DNA of 54,948 nucleotides, filler included, from Barthelona sp. PAP020 (GCA_040182905.1; 2 parts of 2 records of this genome joined end to end with filler, not necessarily neighbours in it); one strand, 5' to 3'; numbered from the whole stretch's first letter, positions 1-12,375 are shown. Program-made: numbers and translations. The notes: a model not told the origin generated them from the letters alone.

Positions 1-182
1 CATTGGAGATATAGAGAGGTCATCTAATATCACTTCCATTATTTGTTGTTTCTTGACCACCTTTAGGTCCAATTTTCTAAGTTATTTGGGCATCTGAATA
101 CAAGTGAGTTTTTCCCAAACCTTAAGCTAACTCGTATCGTTGTTCACTAAACAACTCATATCTAATAAACAACTAATAAAAA
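1..182 (+). repeat. Dispersed repeat copy 1 (runs off the window start); possible non-LTR retrotransposon 3' end
   Basis: Aligns by eye to 12551-12732 with about 17 substitutions and 1 indel (~90% identity). Both copies end at CTAATAAAAA. Confidence 0.9.
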
Positions 183-624
183 CTCTTATTCACTCTCACC
201 CACAATACTTTTTGGCTTCGAAATAATTGTTGCAGACTTTATAACGGTTTTTAATTTTAATTTATATTTATTTATTTATTATTTTTCAAATATTTGAAAG
301 ACTTTTACCAGCATGTTAACTAGCTTGTTGGTGTATGACTTCTAAAAAAATTTTACCATTAAAATTCACAATGTTACGTGCCAAAAAAGAAAATATTATC
401 TTTAGACTAAAAATCAAGATCTTTGAAGAATGATATTTCACATTTGAGGTATTTTTGAAAACCTCTTGGCACCTTTTTCACTTTTAAAGGTATGTTTCTG
501 AATTACTATCCCTTGTGTTGGTTACATGTATGTGCAATATTTGAAAAGGTTTGTAAAATCTTCCACTTTATCTCATTCTTTTCAAACAAAAATCAAAAAT
601 TTACAAAATTTACAAAAACATTGT

Positions 625-2059
625 CTACAAAACTCTTAAACTATTCTCAGAGCTTTCAATTTTTGTCAACAATAAATTTAATAAATGTGTGACGTTATGC
701 TTTTCTTCAATAAGTACATTATTTTTGAGTTTAAAATTACTTTTCATTTCAAGATATCTACTTTGCAATTGTTTAATTTCATTTTCAGTCTTTTCCACAA
801 TCTCATTGATTTTGTTTGAATGATTTTGACTTTCTTTTACCAAAATTTCATTAGTCAATTTTAATTCTTTAGATTCTTCAACTAAAAGGGTTAAATCATT
901 CACTTGTTTTCTTAGCACTGCATTCTGTTGTTGATTTTCAACTAATTTTTTGGAAAGATTAGAAATTAAGGGTTCTTTTTCCTTTTGTTGTTTTTGTTCT
1001 TCAATATATGACATCAATTTTTCGTTTTGTTTTTGGGAATTCAACAATTCAAAATTTAGATCTTTCACTTTAACCCTTAATTCTCCCAGTTCTTTTGATA
1101 GATTTTCAATCAAGTTCATTTTTGTTTCAGTATCGTTTTCAGTCTCTGTCTCACTCTGTACTCCTTGTGAATCAGTTGTTTTCTTTTCAATGATTGAATT
1201 AAAAGAACTTAATTCAGAATCAACTTTTGTAAAATAAGTATCATTCTTTTCAATTTTTAATCGAAGACTGTAATTCTCATTTTTCAAACTTTTTTGTACA
1301 TTTAACAAATTTTGAACTTTTTCATCCAATTTTATATTTTTCTCTTTTAATTCATTCATTTCTTTTTGTTGATAATCAAATCTTTCTTTCATATCTTCAG
1401 AAAAGACAAAAATTTTTTTCAAATTCGACAAACAATCTTCCCATTGATCCATTTCTTTTACCACATATTCAAATTCTTCTTTAAAATTCTTTAATATATT
1501 CAAAGCAATATCGTTAGTTTGACGATATTTCGTTGAAGTATTTCTCAGAGATTGAATAGTTTGAGCACGTTTCACTAATGTTTGATGTAATTCAATATTT
1601 GATTGATCCAATTTGATTCGTTGTTCATCATTTTTTGAATAATCAGAAAAAATTTGCAAACTTTCCAAATTCTTTATTCTTTCAATTGGTTCTTTCAAAA
1701 GCTCATTGACAAATCTGCTCAATCCTCCATAATCAAAAATTATTTGTTTTTGATAAAGCAGAGATAAATCAGTAATTTTTAATAAATCACATATAATTTG
1801 CACATAATTATCAGGAAAATTTTTGTTAAATAAAGAATCAATGAAATACAACTCTCGACCTTCAGTTTTTAATGTTTTATCAACAGAATCATCATCTGAT
1901 TTCGCCATTATGGTTTTTAATCGATCTTTGATTACTATAAATATTAGTCTTTTGAAAAGTTTAATGTCATTTGAAAATACCATTGAAATTTTCCGTTTTC
2001 TCTGAAGATTTCTTTGAATCTCTATCAGTTAACTTATTTTTGGTCAAGAACGTGGACAT
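625..2059 (-). CDS. Coiled-coil protein, two exons (2059-1981 and 1934-625)
   Basis: The 452-aa ORF is heptad-rich (E/K/L/N/Q). An upstream ATG at 2059 gives MSTFLTKNKLTDRDSKKSSEKTENFN, which splices in frame (G|TA = Val) across a 46-nt GT..CTAAT..AG intron and replaces the intron-derived MVFSNDIKLFKRLIFI. Confidence 0.8.
1935..1980 (-). other. Spliceosomal intron, 46 nt, phase 1
   Basis: Minus-strand sequence GTATTTTCAAATGACATTAAACTTTTCAAAAGACTAATATTTATAG has a GT donor, an ACTAAT branch motif and an AG acceptor; removal restores the frame. Confidence 0.75.
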
Positions 2060-2133
2060 ATAATACAAATATTTAATTAAAAAACATACACACCAAAAAA
2101 AAAAAAACTAAAAATCCGTTTATAACATAATAA

Positions 2134-2841
2134 TTATGAATCAGAATAAAATTCTTCACTATCGTCTTCACTATCGTCTCCACTCAATAAATTTAATTGA
2201 TTTTCAAGATCTTTTTCATCAATTATTTGTTCTTCCTCTTGATTTTCCAATTCTTCCAGTTCCTTTTCTTCTTTGTCAACTTCTAACAATAAATTTTGAC
2301 TAAATGACAAGATTTGATCAATAATTGAAGTGTTTGATTCTTCATTAACCTCTTCTTCAACAGTTGCTTTTTCATCTTCTCTACTCTTTATTTCTAAAAT
2401 TTGTGCTGCCAAATCATCAATTTCCAATTCATAACATTCATCAAAATATGATCTATTGGATGAATCCACAAAAATTATGGAAGAAATGACATCAACATCA
2501 AAATTTACCATCAACCAACATAAACAAAGAACATCTAAATTATTTCTTATTTTAAAACGATTAAGCAATAAAATAAAATGTTCTTCAAAAAAATTGATGG
2601 CATTTTCGGATGTACCATCAATACTATTGTGGTAAAATATTATAAAAAACAAATAATATGGTGATATATAATTTGAAACAATATCTAATATCGATATTAA
2701 TTGAAATAATTGTTCTTCACTTAACGAATTAAAAAAAAATGGAGATAATATTGGAATAAATCCTTCAATAATCATATCATTTGGAATATTAATGTCTAAT
2801 AATAATAAATCTGTCAAAAATTTCAAATGTTCTTTTTCCAT
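2134..2841 (-). CDS. Hypothetical protein with acidic C-terminus
   Basis: 235-aa ATG-initiated ORF with a helical/hydrophobic N-half and a D/E-rich tail. Confidence 0.7.
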   Translation of the reverse strand: MEKEHLKFLTDLLLLDINIPNDMIIEGFIPILSPFFFNSLSEEQLFQLISILDIVSNYISPYYLFFIIFYHNSIDGTSENAINFFEEHFILLLNRFKIRNNLDVLCLCWLMVNFDVDVISSIIFVDSSNRSYFDECYELEIDDLAAQILEIKSREDEKATVEEEVNEESNTSIIDQILSFSQNLLLEVDKEEKELEELENQEEEQIIDEKDLENQLNLLSGDDSEDDSEEFYSDS

Positions 2842-3146
2842 CTTGAAACAAAAGAAAAGAAATAAATGATTTTTGTCGTTTTATCTTTTCTCATACTTTA
2901 CCTTCATTTGTATTTACAAAGAACCAACGAATATTCATGTTGTTGTTGATTATCTGAAAATGAAAATGTATTTTAAAAACAATAAAAATACGAAATTTAC
3001 TTCATCCAAAGAACAATAAAATAATCAATATCTTTACAAATTATTAATATGAGCAATAATAAAACAATTAATGCTGAGTTTTTAATGATTTAAAAAACCA
3101 TCAAATGCAAAAAAAACTTTCGATTTTTGATGATTCAACAAACGAT

Positions 3147-6100
3147 TCATTTTCTTCTAGTACCAATGAATTGTTTCAAGGACTGTTGCTCTTTTTGACA
3201 TTGTTTAACTCTACTTTTCAAATACTGCAACTTTTTATTAGAATCCATAGGAGAAGCAGTAGAAATGGTGACATTATTTTTTCTTTTTGCTACACGCTTC
3301 GCAATTTCCAGGTTTTTTTGTTTGTCCATTTTGTTTTCATTCATTGATCTTTTGAATTTCTTCAAACGCCATCTCCTGTAACTTTCAGGTGAAAGATTAT
3401 TTTTAGCAAATTCATGTGGATCATTGAGTTTGATATCATGAGAGGATAATTCAGGATTTAACTTGGGAGCTGTAGTCTTTTTTTTAATTGAAGGAATAAG
3501 GGCCTTTGCCTTGGTTCTTGGAGGAGAAACCATTGCATTGAGTTCATTCTGCAAATCTCTTTCCTCAGAAGTAGGTTCACACAATGCTTTCAAACTGGCA
3601 ATGGGTGTACCTTCAGCAGTGGATTCAATTTGAGGAGCTTTATTTGAAGGAGATTTGTTTAAGATATGATCAGAATTAACCCACATAGCTCTTAATTTTT
3701 TTGTGAGAGCTTCAACTTTAGCTTTGGAAGTAGCTTCATTCTGTCTCTTATTGTTGGGAGACAAAGGAATTATTGGCGAAGTAACTGACAAATTTGAAGG
3801 ATTTTTTGATTCAATTTCTAGTTTATTAGGACTTTTTGTTACTTTAGGAATGTTTGCAATGGAACGACTATCTTTAGTCTTTGGTGGAGATTCCAAAAGA
3901 TCTTGAAGCGAAATTATAGGCTTTCCATCAACCATACGAACACTTTCTTTATCCATGTCAATTTTGAAATTAACTTCATTGACAATCTTCTTTTCATCTC
4001 CAGCGTTTTTTTTGGTGATATTTCCCATATCTTCAAGGACAACATGCCTTTCAGAAACTATATTCAACGTTTCACGGTCAAAAACAGTATTTAGATTGGT
4101 AAAATCATCGTTAATATGTTCTTTATTCATTGACAACTCGTTAATTGGAATGTCCCTTGTGCACACAGGGGATTCAACTGATGTGGTGGCTTGGAGTTGA
4201 AATTTAGGTTGTGATTCTATTATTGTTTCCAAAAGTTCATCATCTTTTTGTGGAGAAAAGTTCCTATCCTCAATTTCTTCGGAACCAAAATTTTCTTCAA
4301 AATCAGATGAAATTTCTGTTGAAAATTGAGTGACATTTTCATTGTTGGTAGTCTTTTCATTTTCAACAACTATTTGGGTTTCACTTACTTCGTCTAAAAC
4401 AATTTCAACATCGCCTTCAAAGGAATCGTTTTGCAATTTCTCATCAAATTGTTCATGATCTTCGTTTCTCAAACATTCCTTTTCCAAGACATCTTCATCA
4501 CTGAGAAAAGTCTCAATTTGACTCGAAGAGAAATCTTTTGTCGGAAAATTATTAACATTGATGCCAAAGCCATTTGAACTCTCATGATATTCATCAATAA
4601 TTTTGGAGTTGAAAGATGTCTCCATTTCATCAATGTTTCCTTCAAAATCATGCCTCATAATATCAGATTGCAAATTATCAGAAGTTGTTTGTTCAAAATC
4701 CATCTTTTTAGAGAACTTCTTATTGGCTTCCTTTTTCATATCATAAATTTCTTTTTTTATCTCTTCAACTTGTTGTATCACTTGTTGAACAATACCATCA
4801 TCATCACTATCAACATCTTCATCATCTTCATCATCATCATCATCTTCTTCTTCTTCAGATTCTATTTCTCTTTGTGCTTTAAATTCTGTTTGGAATTTTT
4901 CTTCAACCTTGTCAGCAAAATTTTCCTCTATTTTTTCTTTTTGTTCTTTTTTATCATCATTTTCACCTTCTAAAACGTCTCTATCAACATAATGATATTT
5001 GAACATTTCAAAATTTGTTATTTCCTCTTCTGAAATATCACTTTCAGAATCAGAAACTATTTGCTTGCCAGGTGAATCAAAAACATACATTCCCGAAGTC
5101 GCAACAACATTAAAAGGCCTCAAACTATCTCGTTTACGCGCTTGTTGCAAATATTTCATCGGTGGTGATGTCACATCATTCAAATTAAATCCATCGTTAG
5201 AAGCAAACGCATAATCAAATTCATTTGAGTCAATATCTAATACATTTGAGTCTTTTTCATTTAGAAAATCTTCCTCTTCTTCTTCACAAGCAAAGTTATT
5301 CCCTTTATTTATCATCTCCATATTGATTACTTGATTAAACATGTTCGAACCACTGGTATTTTCTCTGTTATCCAACTTGGTATTTGAAATATCATCGTCA
5401 ATATCATAGCCTATATCAGGTTCATCATCATGTGCTTCAATACAATTTTCGTTGTCAGTAACAGAATCATTGATGAAATCTTCCTCTATATCTTTAATTT
5501 TTCCAAACTTTTGAGCTTTAAATTGTTGCAATATTTGTTCCTTTAATTCTTCAGGAAGCATACTCCACATTCCCTTAGCAGCCAAAAGATCTATATCTTC
5601 ATCTTGGTCAAGAATATCATCACTTGATGTATTCATATGTGGTGGTTTTGATGATTTTTTCTCAGAAATTTCATGTACATTCTCAAATTCATAGATACTT
5701 TCATCTAAGACTTCATCCAATACATCATCAGTGTCTTCAAAATCTTTGTTAACTGAGTCATCAAGGACAGTTGATTTATTTTCAAATTTAACATAGTTGT
5801 TCTTTGAATGGTTATAAAATTCATCAACGGCTGTGACATTATTTTGATTTTCATCACCATCAGCAGAAAAAGGTATTTTTGAGGAAATACTCTCTTCTTC
5901 AAAATTAACAGTCTGATAAATTTCTTCTTCATCTTCATCTTCTTCAATATCATGCTTTTGTTCAAAATTATCAAAATCTGATGAATGAACACAAGAATTA
6001 ACGTTGTCAAGTTGTTCCATCGATTCAAGATATACAGAAGTACTAGTTGGCTCTGTGTAAGTAGAAATAACATCAGTAATTCTATCAATCTCAAATTGTT

Positions 6101-8795
6101 CCTTGTCATCAAGCAGATTGGATTCATTGTTTTCAATCTCTTCACGTTTGTTCTCAAAGTATATTTCGTTGTCATAATTATCAACACCATCAACACAAGG
6201 TTCTTTGTCCAAAACAATTTCATCTTCATCAGATTGAACCACAGAAGATTTTATTTTGTTTTGAGTTAATTGGGTTAAACGTGCTTTGGCAGCTGCTAAC
6301 ACTGGATTATCAACTGACAGAACTCCATTATCAGTTGATAAAAGTTGCTGAGATTTTGGTTTAAATTTCTCTTTCTCTTTACTTTCTTTATGTAATCTTT
6401 CATGTTTAAAAGAAATAAAAGGATTCTTGGGACGACTGAAAGGATTTGGACCAGGGCCAAACTTATATTCAGGTTCTTGTTTGTGAGGTGACATGTCTTC
6501 CAAAGAAAATTCAGTGAAAACTTTTGATTTATTTTCCAAATCATCCATGATTAAAGGTTTATAAGATTTTTTTGAATGTTCTTTCGAAACTTTCAAATTT
6601 TCCAGTTTTTGTTCTATTTCATCCCTTTCACGATTTGGTTGATATTCGGAATTCTGAGAATTTTCCATCCCTGTTTTAACAGAAAATTGTTCAACATTAT
6701 CGTCATCTTTAGATAATTTTTCAACTTCCATCAATTGTTCCTTCTTATTTTGAGGTATAACAACATTATCAGAAGGATTTTCGTCTGAAACAACGCTAGT
6801 TATATGATTTTCTGTAATATGGGTATTTTCGTCAGGATAATCATATTCATTCATATGTTCGTTAAGTTTAGCCAATACGGAATCCGTTAGTATATTGTTT
6901 GAAACATCAGATGTCTCAATTTCATCCATTTTATCTTCAAAAATCTCTTCATCATTTTCATGTTCCATAATATTCTTGTCATTAAGCTCATTATCAGATA
7001 CAATTGAAGATATTGAGTTTATTTTTGAACTTTCTTTTTGAATATTCACTGGTATGCCTATTTCATTGGGGATTTCATCAGTTAATACATCATAATGACT
7101 CAAAATTTCTAATTGAGCTTCATCATCAGAAAAATGATTGATATTGCCATCCAATTTAATCTTTTCAAAGCTAACAGTGTCAAAATCATCAGATTCTAAC
7201 AAATCGTTTTCCAAACGTTTTTTTGATTCAGGAGACGCTTTTACAATGGCCATTCTTTCACTCAACGTCAATTTCTTGTCATCAATGAAATGAGTAGGTC
7301 TATCTTCATTGTCTCCATTGCCTAAATATATATTGTCAATTTGCGATACTACATCGTTTTCAACTGTGTGACATACTTCTTTATCAATGTCTTCATTTTC
7401 AACTGTTTTATCAAAATTATCATCGAATTTATTTGCCAAAATTTCATCCTCATCCATATCTTCTTCATATTGTTTTTGATCAAATTCAAAATGTGTAGGG
7501 ATCATTTGTGGTAAGGGTGAACACTTTGTCCCATCATTCACAGGAGATTCTTTGTGGGGAGAGGTTGGCAATGAGATTGATGAAACTGGCAACTCAGGCA
7601 ACCCAGCAAATATATCTGTTGCATTCTCATTTATATCTAAAAACTTGTCATCTGCCTTAAATAGCATAGTTTTTCGTTTAGGAGCTATATCAAACAGTTT
7701 ATGAGACGCAAAGTCATTACTCACATTATTTCTTGGTTCAATACGATCTATTTCAACTGGTTTTTGTGCAATATGAATATTTGTCGAAAGAGATGTATTA
7801 GAGGTCGGTTGAACTAAAGATGGTGCTATTGAACCAACTGTTCCAGTCTTTGTTTCAGTTTTTACAGGAATATTTGGATTTATATGCATATTATGGCTTT
7901 CCTTATCAAAAATTTGCTCAAATTCACCATTCGTTTGCTCAGAAGAAATTGAAGACGAACCAATAGCAGGGATTTCACCATCAAAAATTGAATCCACAAC
8001 AATGGAATCAAATTTATGTGGTTTGGGTGTTGCTCTAATTGGTTTAGGAATACTACGTCCCAAAGGTTGTGAAGGACTTGCTAATATTTCAGGTTCGATT
8101 GAGTGAATAACCCTATTCACAATTGAATTCTTCAACTGTTCCGTAGGTTTCCCAGAAATATCATAAATAGATAAATCGTTTTCCAATTCAGACTTTTCAA
8201 TCCCATTTATCATCTCCAAGTTAGGACAAGACGCTAATATATAGTCAACAACTCCAGGAACTTTACATACAGCATTATTACGCAAATCTAAGATTCTTAA
8301 TGAACGTAATTTTTTTAAAAAGTCTAATTGGTGCAAAGTCTTAATATTGTTATGACCCAACAACAAAACTTCCAAAGTATGGCATATCATTCCATCATCA
8401 GAAACAGACAGAGTTTTTAAAACGTTGTGCGTTAATTTCAAAGTTCTTAAACGGCGAAAAGCTGATAAATGACTTATCTGTCTGATATTATTGAAAGATA
8501 ATGATAATAATTCAATGTTAGAAAAAATGGAAAGAGAACCATCAATTATTTGGAGGCGATTATGATCTGCATATAACTCAATTAATCCATGAAATCGCAA
8601 AGGAATGTTCAATTTAATAATTTTATTATGATCCAAAAATAAATATTTCAATTTTTGCAATCTAGAAATGGACAAAGGTAAAGAAGTGGTATGATCGATT
8701 GTAGTATAATGAAAATCATAAGAATAAAGGCCGACTGATTCATCGGGCAGTCCATCTCTATCTGATTTACAGAGATGCTCGAAGTTTGAGGGCAT
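3147..8795 (-). CDS. Large protein with N-terminal SDS22-like leucine-rich repeats and a long acidic disordered region
   Basis: 1882 aa. LxxLxLxxNxI repeats (LKYLFLDHNKI, LELLSLSFNNI-like, LRTLKLTHNVL, LEVLLLGHNNI, LRILDLRNNAV) are followed by an LRRcap-like YILASCPNLEMING. Basic coiled C-terminus. Confidence 0.85.
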   Translation of the reverse strand: MPSNFEHLCKSDRDGLPDESVGLYSYDFHYTTIDHTTSLPLSISRLQKLKYLFLDHNKIIKLNIPLRFHGLIELYADHNRLQIIDGSLSIFSNIELLSLSFNNIRQISHLSAFRRLRTLKLTHNVLKTLSVSDDGMICHTLEVLLLGHNNIKTLHQLDFLKKLRSLRILDLRNNAVCKVPGVVDYILASCPNLEMINGIEKSELENDLSIYDISGKPTEQLKNSIVNRVIHSIEPEILASPSQPLGRSIPKPIRATPKPHKFDSIVVDSIFDGEIPAIGSSSISSEQTNGEFEQIFDKESHNMHINPNIPVKTETKTGTVGSIAPSLVQPTSNTSLSTNIHIAQKPVEIDRIEPRNNVSNDFASHKLFDIAPKRKTMLFKADDKFLDINENATDIFAGLPELPVSSISLPTSPHKESPVNDGTKCSPLPQMIPTHFEFDQKQYEEDMDEDEILANKFDDNFDKTVENEDIDKEVCHTVENDVVSQIDNIYLGNGDNEDRPTHFIDDKKLTLSERMAIVKASPESKKRLENDLLESDDFDTVSFEKIKLDGNINHFSDDEAQLEILSHYDVLTDEIPNEIGIPVNIQKESSKINSISSIVSDNELNDKNIMEHENDEEIFEDKMDEIETSDVSNNILTDSVLAKLNEHMNEYDYPDENTHITENHITSVVSDENPSDNVVIPQNKKEQLMEVEKLSKDDDNVEQFSVKTGMENSQNSEYQPNRERDEIEQKLENLKVSKEHSKKSYKPLIMDDLENKSKVFTEFSLEDMSPHKQEPEYKFGPGPNPFSRPKNPFISFKHERLHKESKEKEKFKPKSQQLLSTDNGVLSVDNPVLAAAKARLTQLTQNKIKSSVVQSDEDEIVLDKEPCVDGVDNYDNEIYFENKREEIENNESNLLDDKEQFEIDRITDVISTYTEPTSTSVYLESMEQLDNVNSCVHSSDFDNFEQKHDIEEDEDEEEIYQTVNFEEESISSKIPFSADGDENQNNVTAVDEFYNHSKNNYVKFENKSTVLDDSVNKDFEDTDDVLDEVLDESIYEFENVHEISEKKSSKPPHMNTSSDDILDQDEDIDLLAAKGMWSMLPEELKEQILQQFKAQKFGKIKDIEEDFINDSVTDNENCIEAHDDEPDIGYDIDDDISNTKLDNRENTSGSNMFNQVINMEMINKGNNFACEEEEEDFLNEKDSNVLDIDSNEFDYAFASNDGFNLNDVTSPPMKYLQQARKRDSLRPFNVVATSGMYVFDSPGKQIVSDSESDISEEEITNFEMFKYHYVDRDVLEGENDDKKEQKEKIEENFADKVEEKFQTEFKAQREIESEEEEDDDDDEDDEDVDSDDDGIVQQVIQQVEEIKKEIYDMKKEANKKFSKKMDFEQTTSDNLQSDIMRHDFEGNIDEMETSFNSKIIDEYHESSNGFGINVNNFPTKDFSSSQIETFLSDEDVLEKECLRNEDHEQFDEKLQNDSFEGDVEIVLDEVSETQIVVENEKTTNNENVTQFSTEISSDFEENFGSEEIEDRNFSPQKDDELLETIIESQPKFQLQATTSVESPVCTRDIPINELSMNKEHINDDFTNLNTVFDRETLNIVSERHVVLEDMGNITKKNAGDEKKIVNEVNFKIDMDKESVRMVDGKPIISLQDLLESPPKTKDSRSIANIPKVTKSPNKLEIESKNPSNLSVTSPIIPLSPNNKRQNEATSKAKVEALTKKLRAMWVNSDHILNKSPSNKAPQIESTAEGTPIASLKALCEPTSEERDLQNELNAMVSPPRTKAKALIPSIKKKTTAPKLNPELSSHDIKLNDPHEFAKNNLSPESYRRWRLKKFKRSMNENKMDKQKNLEIAKRVAKRKNNVTISTASPMDSNKKLQYLKSRVKQCQKEQQSLKQFIGTRRK

Positions 8796-8920
8796 TAAAA
8801 AATATAAAAAAATTATTAAAAAATGTCTTCAATTTAATTTTTGATCAACTTTATTTGACAATTATATTGTGTTTATTAACACTTATTATATGAGTATTGT
8901 TTGAAAAGTTATGAAAGAAT

Positions 8921-10210
8921 ATGTTAAACAAAACGATATGGTTTGAAATATTGCCAAAATTAACACTTTTTCAGATTGTGGAATTAATGTTCAGTTCAAC
9001 AGAACTAAAAATGGTCATTGAAGAATACTTTAATGTTCATTTTGGAAAATATTTTTTTGATAATCTTCACATCAAATATAATTGGTTTACTTTGAAACAA
9101 TTTGATTCAAAACCCTTCAATTCTATCATAAAAATAGGATATAAGGATTATTTATTTGGTTTCAACAATAAAATTATGTTTGTTTTCAATCTTTTTTCTG
9201 GAGAAATTGCATATTATCGATTTTTTCAAAAATTAACAAATTTAATCAAAGTTCCAGGGGGTATAATATGCTATTCCAATAGAGATACAACATCTGGAAT
9301 TATTTGGCATTCAATTAGTAATAATGTTGTAATTGTTCATCATGAGTTCAATGTTCTTGATATCCAAAGGATTTTAGAAGATGAAGTATACTTAATTGGT
9401 GATGATTTGAAAAAATTAAAAAGATATTCTAACTCTTCGATCAAACAACGGTTAATAAAAACTAAGGAACGACTTTTAAATATCAATAATTATAATTACC
9501 AAATGTTGGTTCAAATAGATGATAAAAGCGTAGCACATCATGATGATTCTAACAATTTAATTGAATGTGAAGTGTCTTCCATTGATTTTAGTTCGATAGT
9601 CGATATGGTATATTATGAGCCACTTCATTTACATTTGCTGTTAACTACACGATCTTTAATTGGTGTGGAACACAAGGTATTTTCCAAGATTTTGGACTTA
9701 GAATTAGATTTCACTGCTTGTTATCAAATACTGAGATGTAATTATTTGGTTATTGTAGGTGAAAAGAAAATTTTAAGTATTAATTTGATGAGTGAGAATT
9801 TTAATGAGAATTATTCTATTACGCACCCTTATAATCAAGTGCCTCAAGTAAAATTTGTCTCTAAAACTGATGTTTGTATTGTTTTTTTAAAATACAGATA
9901 TTTCATCGTTAGACCCATAAATATTAGCTTTAATATAATAAAATTCCAGCAAAAATATATGTTGGAAGGATTTGCTTTAAAAGAGCTATTAGAACCACCC
10001 AAAAGATTGCAAAAAATTCCATTTGCTTCTTTCATTTTTACAGATAATCACATTGTTGGATATACAAACACACAAATATATCCATTTAGACTTGGTTTAC
10101 ATGAAGATTTAAGTGTATTCGAAGAAAATATTTCAACCAGTGAGTGTGTTGAAAATTTAACGTTGGAAGAAGATATTGCTCTCAATTCTTTGGAGGAAGA
10201 AATAATGTGA
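8921..10210 (+). CDS. Hypothetical protein with F-box-like N-terminus and beta-rich (propeller-like) body
   Basis: 429-aa ORF. The N-terminal LNKTIWFEILPKLTLFQIVELMFSSTELKMVI resembles the F-box pattern (inference). Confidence 0.6.
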   Translation: MLNKTIWFEILPKLTLFQIVELMFSSTELKMVIEEYFNVHFGKYFFDNLHIKYNWFTLKQFDSKPFNSIIKIGYKDYLFGFNNKIMFVFNLFSGEIAYYRFFQKLTNLIKVPGGIICYSNRDTTSGIIWHSISNNVVIVHHEFNVLDIQRILEDEVYLIGDDLKKLKRYSNSSIKQRLIKTKERLLNINNYNYQMLVQIDDKSVAHHDDSNNLIECEVSSIDFSSIVDMVYYEPLHLHLLLTTRSLIGVEHKVFSKILDLELDFTACYQILRCNYLVIVGEKKILSINLMSENFNENYSITHPYNQVPQVKFVSKTDVCIVFLKYRYFIVRPINISFNIIKFQQKYMLEGFALKELLEPPKRLQKIPFASFIFTDNHIVGYTNTQIYPFRLGLHEDLSVFEENISTSECVENLTLEEDIALNSLEEEIM

Positions 10211-11050
10211 TTACTGCATGCATATACATTGAAGTTATTGTTTTAAATTACAGTTTCTACATTGTTCAGTCAATTTATTGGTATTCAACAAATGAAAATT
10301 GTTAGTCTTTGCCATTTTTTCCTGTCCAAATTTTCTGTCATTTAGTGTTGGTGGAAATCGTGTCTTTCAATTGAAATAGAAAAAATTCTGTTTGTTGAAA
10401 ACCAACACAATTTTTACCAAAGTGTGAAGTGGACCCTCAAACATAACAACGCTTTTTCTTAATCAGGAATTTTTTGCCATGATAAAGATAGATTTTTTGT
10501 TTTTTTCTTCATTTGACCAATCGATTTGACCCGAATACTGATAAACTGAAAGTTTGGATGATTTGAAAGACAAAAGCAGCCGAATAACTTTTTAACTTTC
10601 AAATAAAGAGCCGTGGTCCAAAATAGATAAAGAATTAAATTGATGAAAAAATAGAAAAGAAAAACAGCATAATTTACACTATGTTCAACTCATGACATCA
10701 TGGTTGGAATAACAACTGAAAAAAGGAACTTGCCATCATTTATAATGAGTGGACATCAAACAACATTTTTCATTTCTTTATGAATTGGGCAAATAATTCT
10801 CAAAGTTATCATGATTCTGGAGTTTGGTTTGAAATCAAGTGACCTAAAGTTGAATTCTCAAAGTTATTTGAACAAATATTTGTCTCAAAGTATATGAACA
10901 CACAAGATATTGATTAAAAATCCTTCAAAGAAAAATTTGACAAAAATTAAGAAAGTAAATTGGTGTTTATTAAAGAGCGAATGAACGGAAAAAATCATTG
11001 CTTGTAAAATAGCAAAATCGATAGAAAAAGCATAAAACTTATTTTTACAA

Positions 11051-12259
11051 CTAATCATCATCATCATTGCTATCATTACTTTCTTCTTTCCAAAATGTGT
11101 GCATATTACCACCATTAACTTGATTGATATCGACCAAATCCCAACATAAGTTAACAATCATATTGTATTCTTCTTGATTCATGAAAATACCTGCAGTCAC
11201 TAATTGTCTAATGATTTGAGGGCCCAAATCTCGGGCAACAAGATTTGATAACACATGACTACCCTTCGACAGTTGAATGAGTGATCTTTCACAAGAAGAA
11301 TCAAGGTCAGGTTCAATCGAATACAACTTTACCGTTTCATTAGAACATCTTCCACATACTAACTGTGTCTTACTAGGTGATACAGCAAAGGAAGTAAAAC
11401 TCTCATCGCAATCGCAATGTACTTTTTGAATTTCCTCATAGCTATCTACATCGTATGAAGTAATATAACCATCACCAGACATAATAAGCAGTATATTGGG
11501 AGTTAAAAAAAGAAGCGCACAAATTTGACCTCCCAAATCAAATTCATGAATCAACTCTTCATCGTCCATGTTCCAGAGAACTACTCTTTTTGATAAACCT
11601 CCAATAGCAACCATTCTTTTTGATGGATGGAAAGCAATCCCAAAAATTTCATCATTATAACAAAAGCTATGAAGGACCTTAAGATTGTCTGTGTCAATAA
11701 ATTTTACATTTTTATCACCACAACATAACATATATTTATAATCTGATGAAATCTTGAGTCTGGAAATGAACTCTGAATGAACCCTATTATTCATAACAAC
11801 TTCACCATTATTCAAATCCCATTTCTTAACATCCCCATCGTTATCACCAGAATATATAAAGTTGGAACAAGGTGAAAAACAAATTCCCTGGATCTCAACC
11901 TCACTTTGCAATCTACGCACCATATGAAAGTTTGGAACACTGTATATAGCAATAGAAAAATCTTCAGCACAAGTCGCCAACTTTTGTCCATCTGGTGAAA
12001 AAGAAACACTGAAAATAATTTCTTGATCATGATCATTCAAAATATGAATCACTTTTTCACTTTTTAAATCAATAATAAATGTTTTACAACTAATTAACAC
12101 CAAAAATTCACCATTTTGTGAATACGCACAATCGTTCAAACAATCATATAGAATATTTTCCATTTCTTCAATTATCTTCATACTACTTTCGTCAATTTTC
12201 AAAGGAAGTATACAACTAATAGTTTTACTTAGTTGTTCACCAATTGAATTGTCAGACAT
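11051..12259 (-). CDS. WD40-repeat protein, local family member A
   Basis: Blades include SVSFSPDGQKLATCAEDFSIAIY, CFSPCSNFIYSGDNDGDVKKWD and AFHPSKRMVAIGGLSKRVVLWN. First ATG is at 12259 (MSDNS). Clear paralog of 20385-21581. Confidence 0.9.
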   Translation of the reverse strand: MSDNSIGEQLSKTISCILPLKIDESSMKIIEEMENILYDCLNDCAYSQNGEFLVLISCKTFIIDLKSEKVIHILNDHDQEIIFSVSFSPDGQKLATCAEDFSIAIYSVPNFHMVRRLQSEVEIQGICFSPCSNFIYSGDNDGDVKKWDLNNGEVVMNNRVHSEFISRLKISSDYKYMLCCGDKNVKFIDTDNLKVLHSFCYNDEIFGIAFHPSKRMVAIGGLSKRVVLWNMDDEELIHEFDLGGQICALLFLTPNILLIMSGDGYITSYDVDSYEEIQKVHCDCDESFTSFAVSPSKTQLVCGRCSNETVKLYSIEPDLDSSCERSLIQLSKGSHVLSNLVARDLGPQIIRQLVTAGIFMNQEEYNMIVNLCWDLVDINQVNGGNMHTFWKEESNDSNDDDD

Positions 12260-12375
12260 AAACAAAAACCCAATAATTGATTTGTTTTTTGCAGAATTTC
12301 TATCCCTTTTTCTTGTCAAATTCAACACTTCTCCATCTTATACTCTAAGTTTTTAATATTGAGGCCTTTAAGACA

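Noticed and set aside
10211..11050. Relatively long spacer with coding-like patches
   Set aside because: No consistent reading frame, repeat or strong structure was found by eye.
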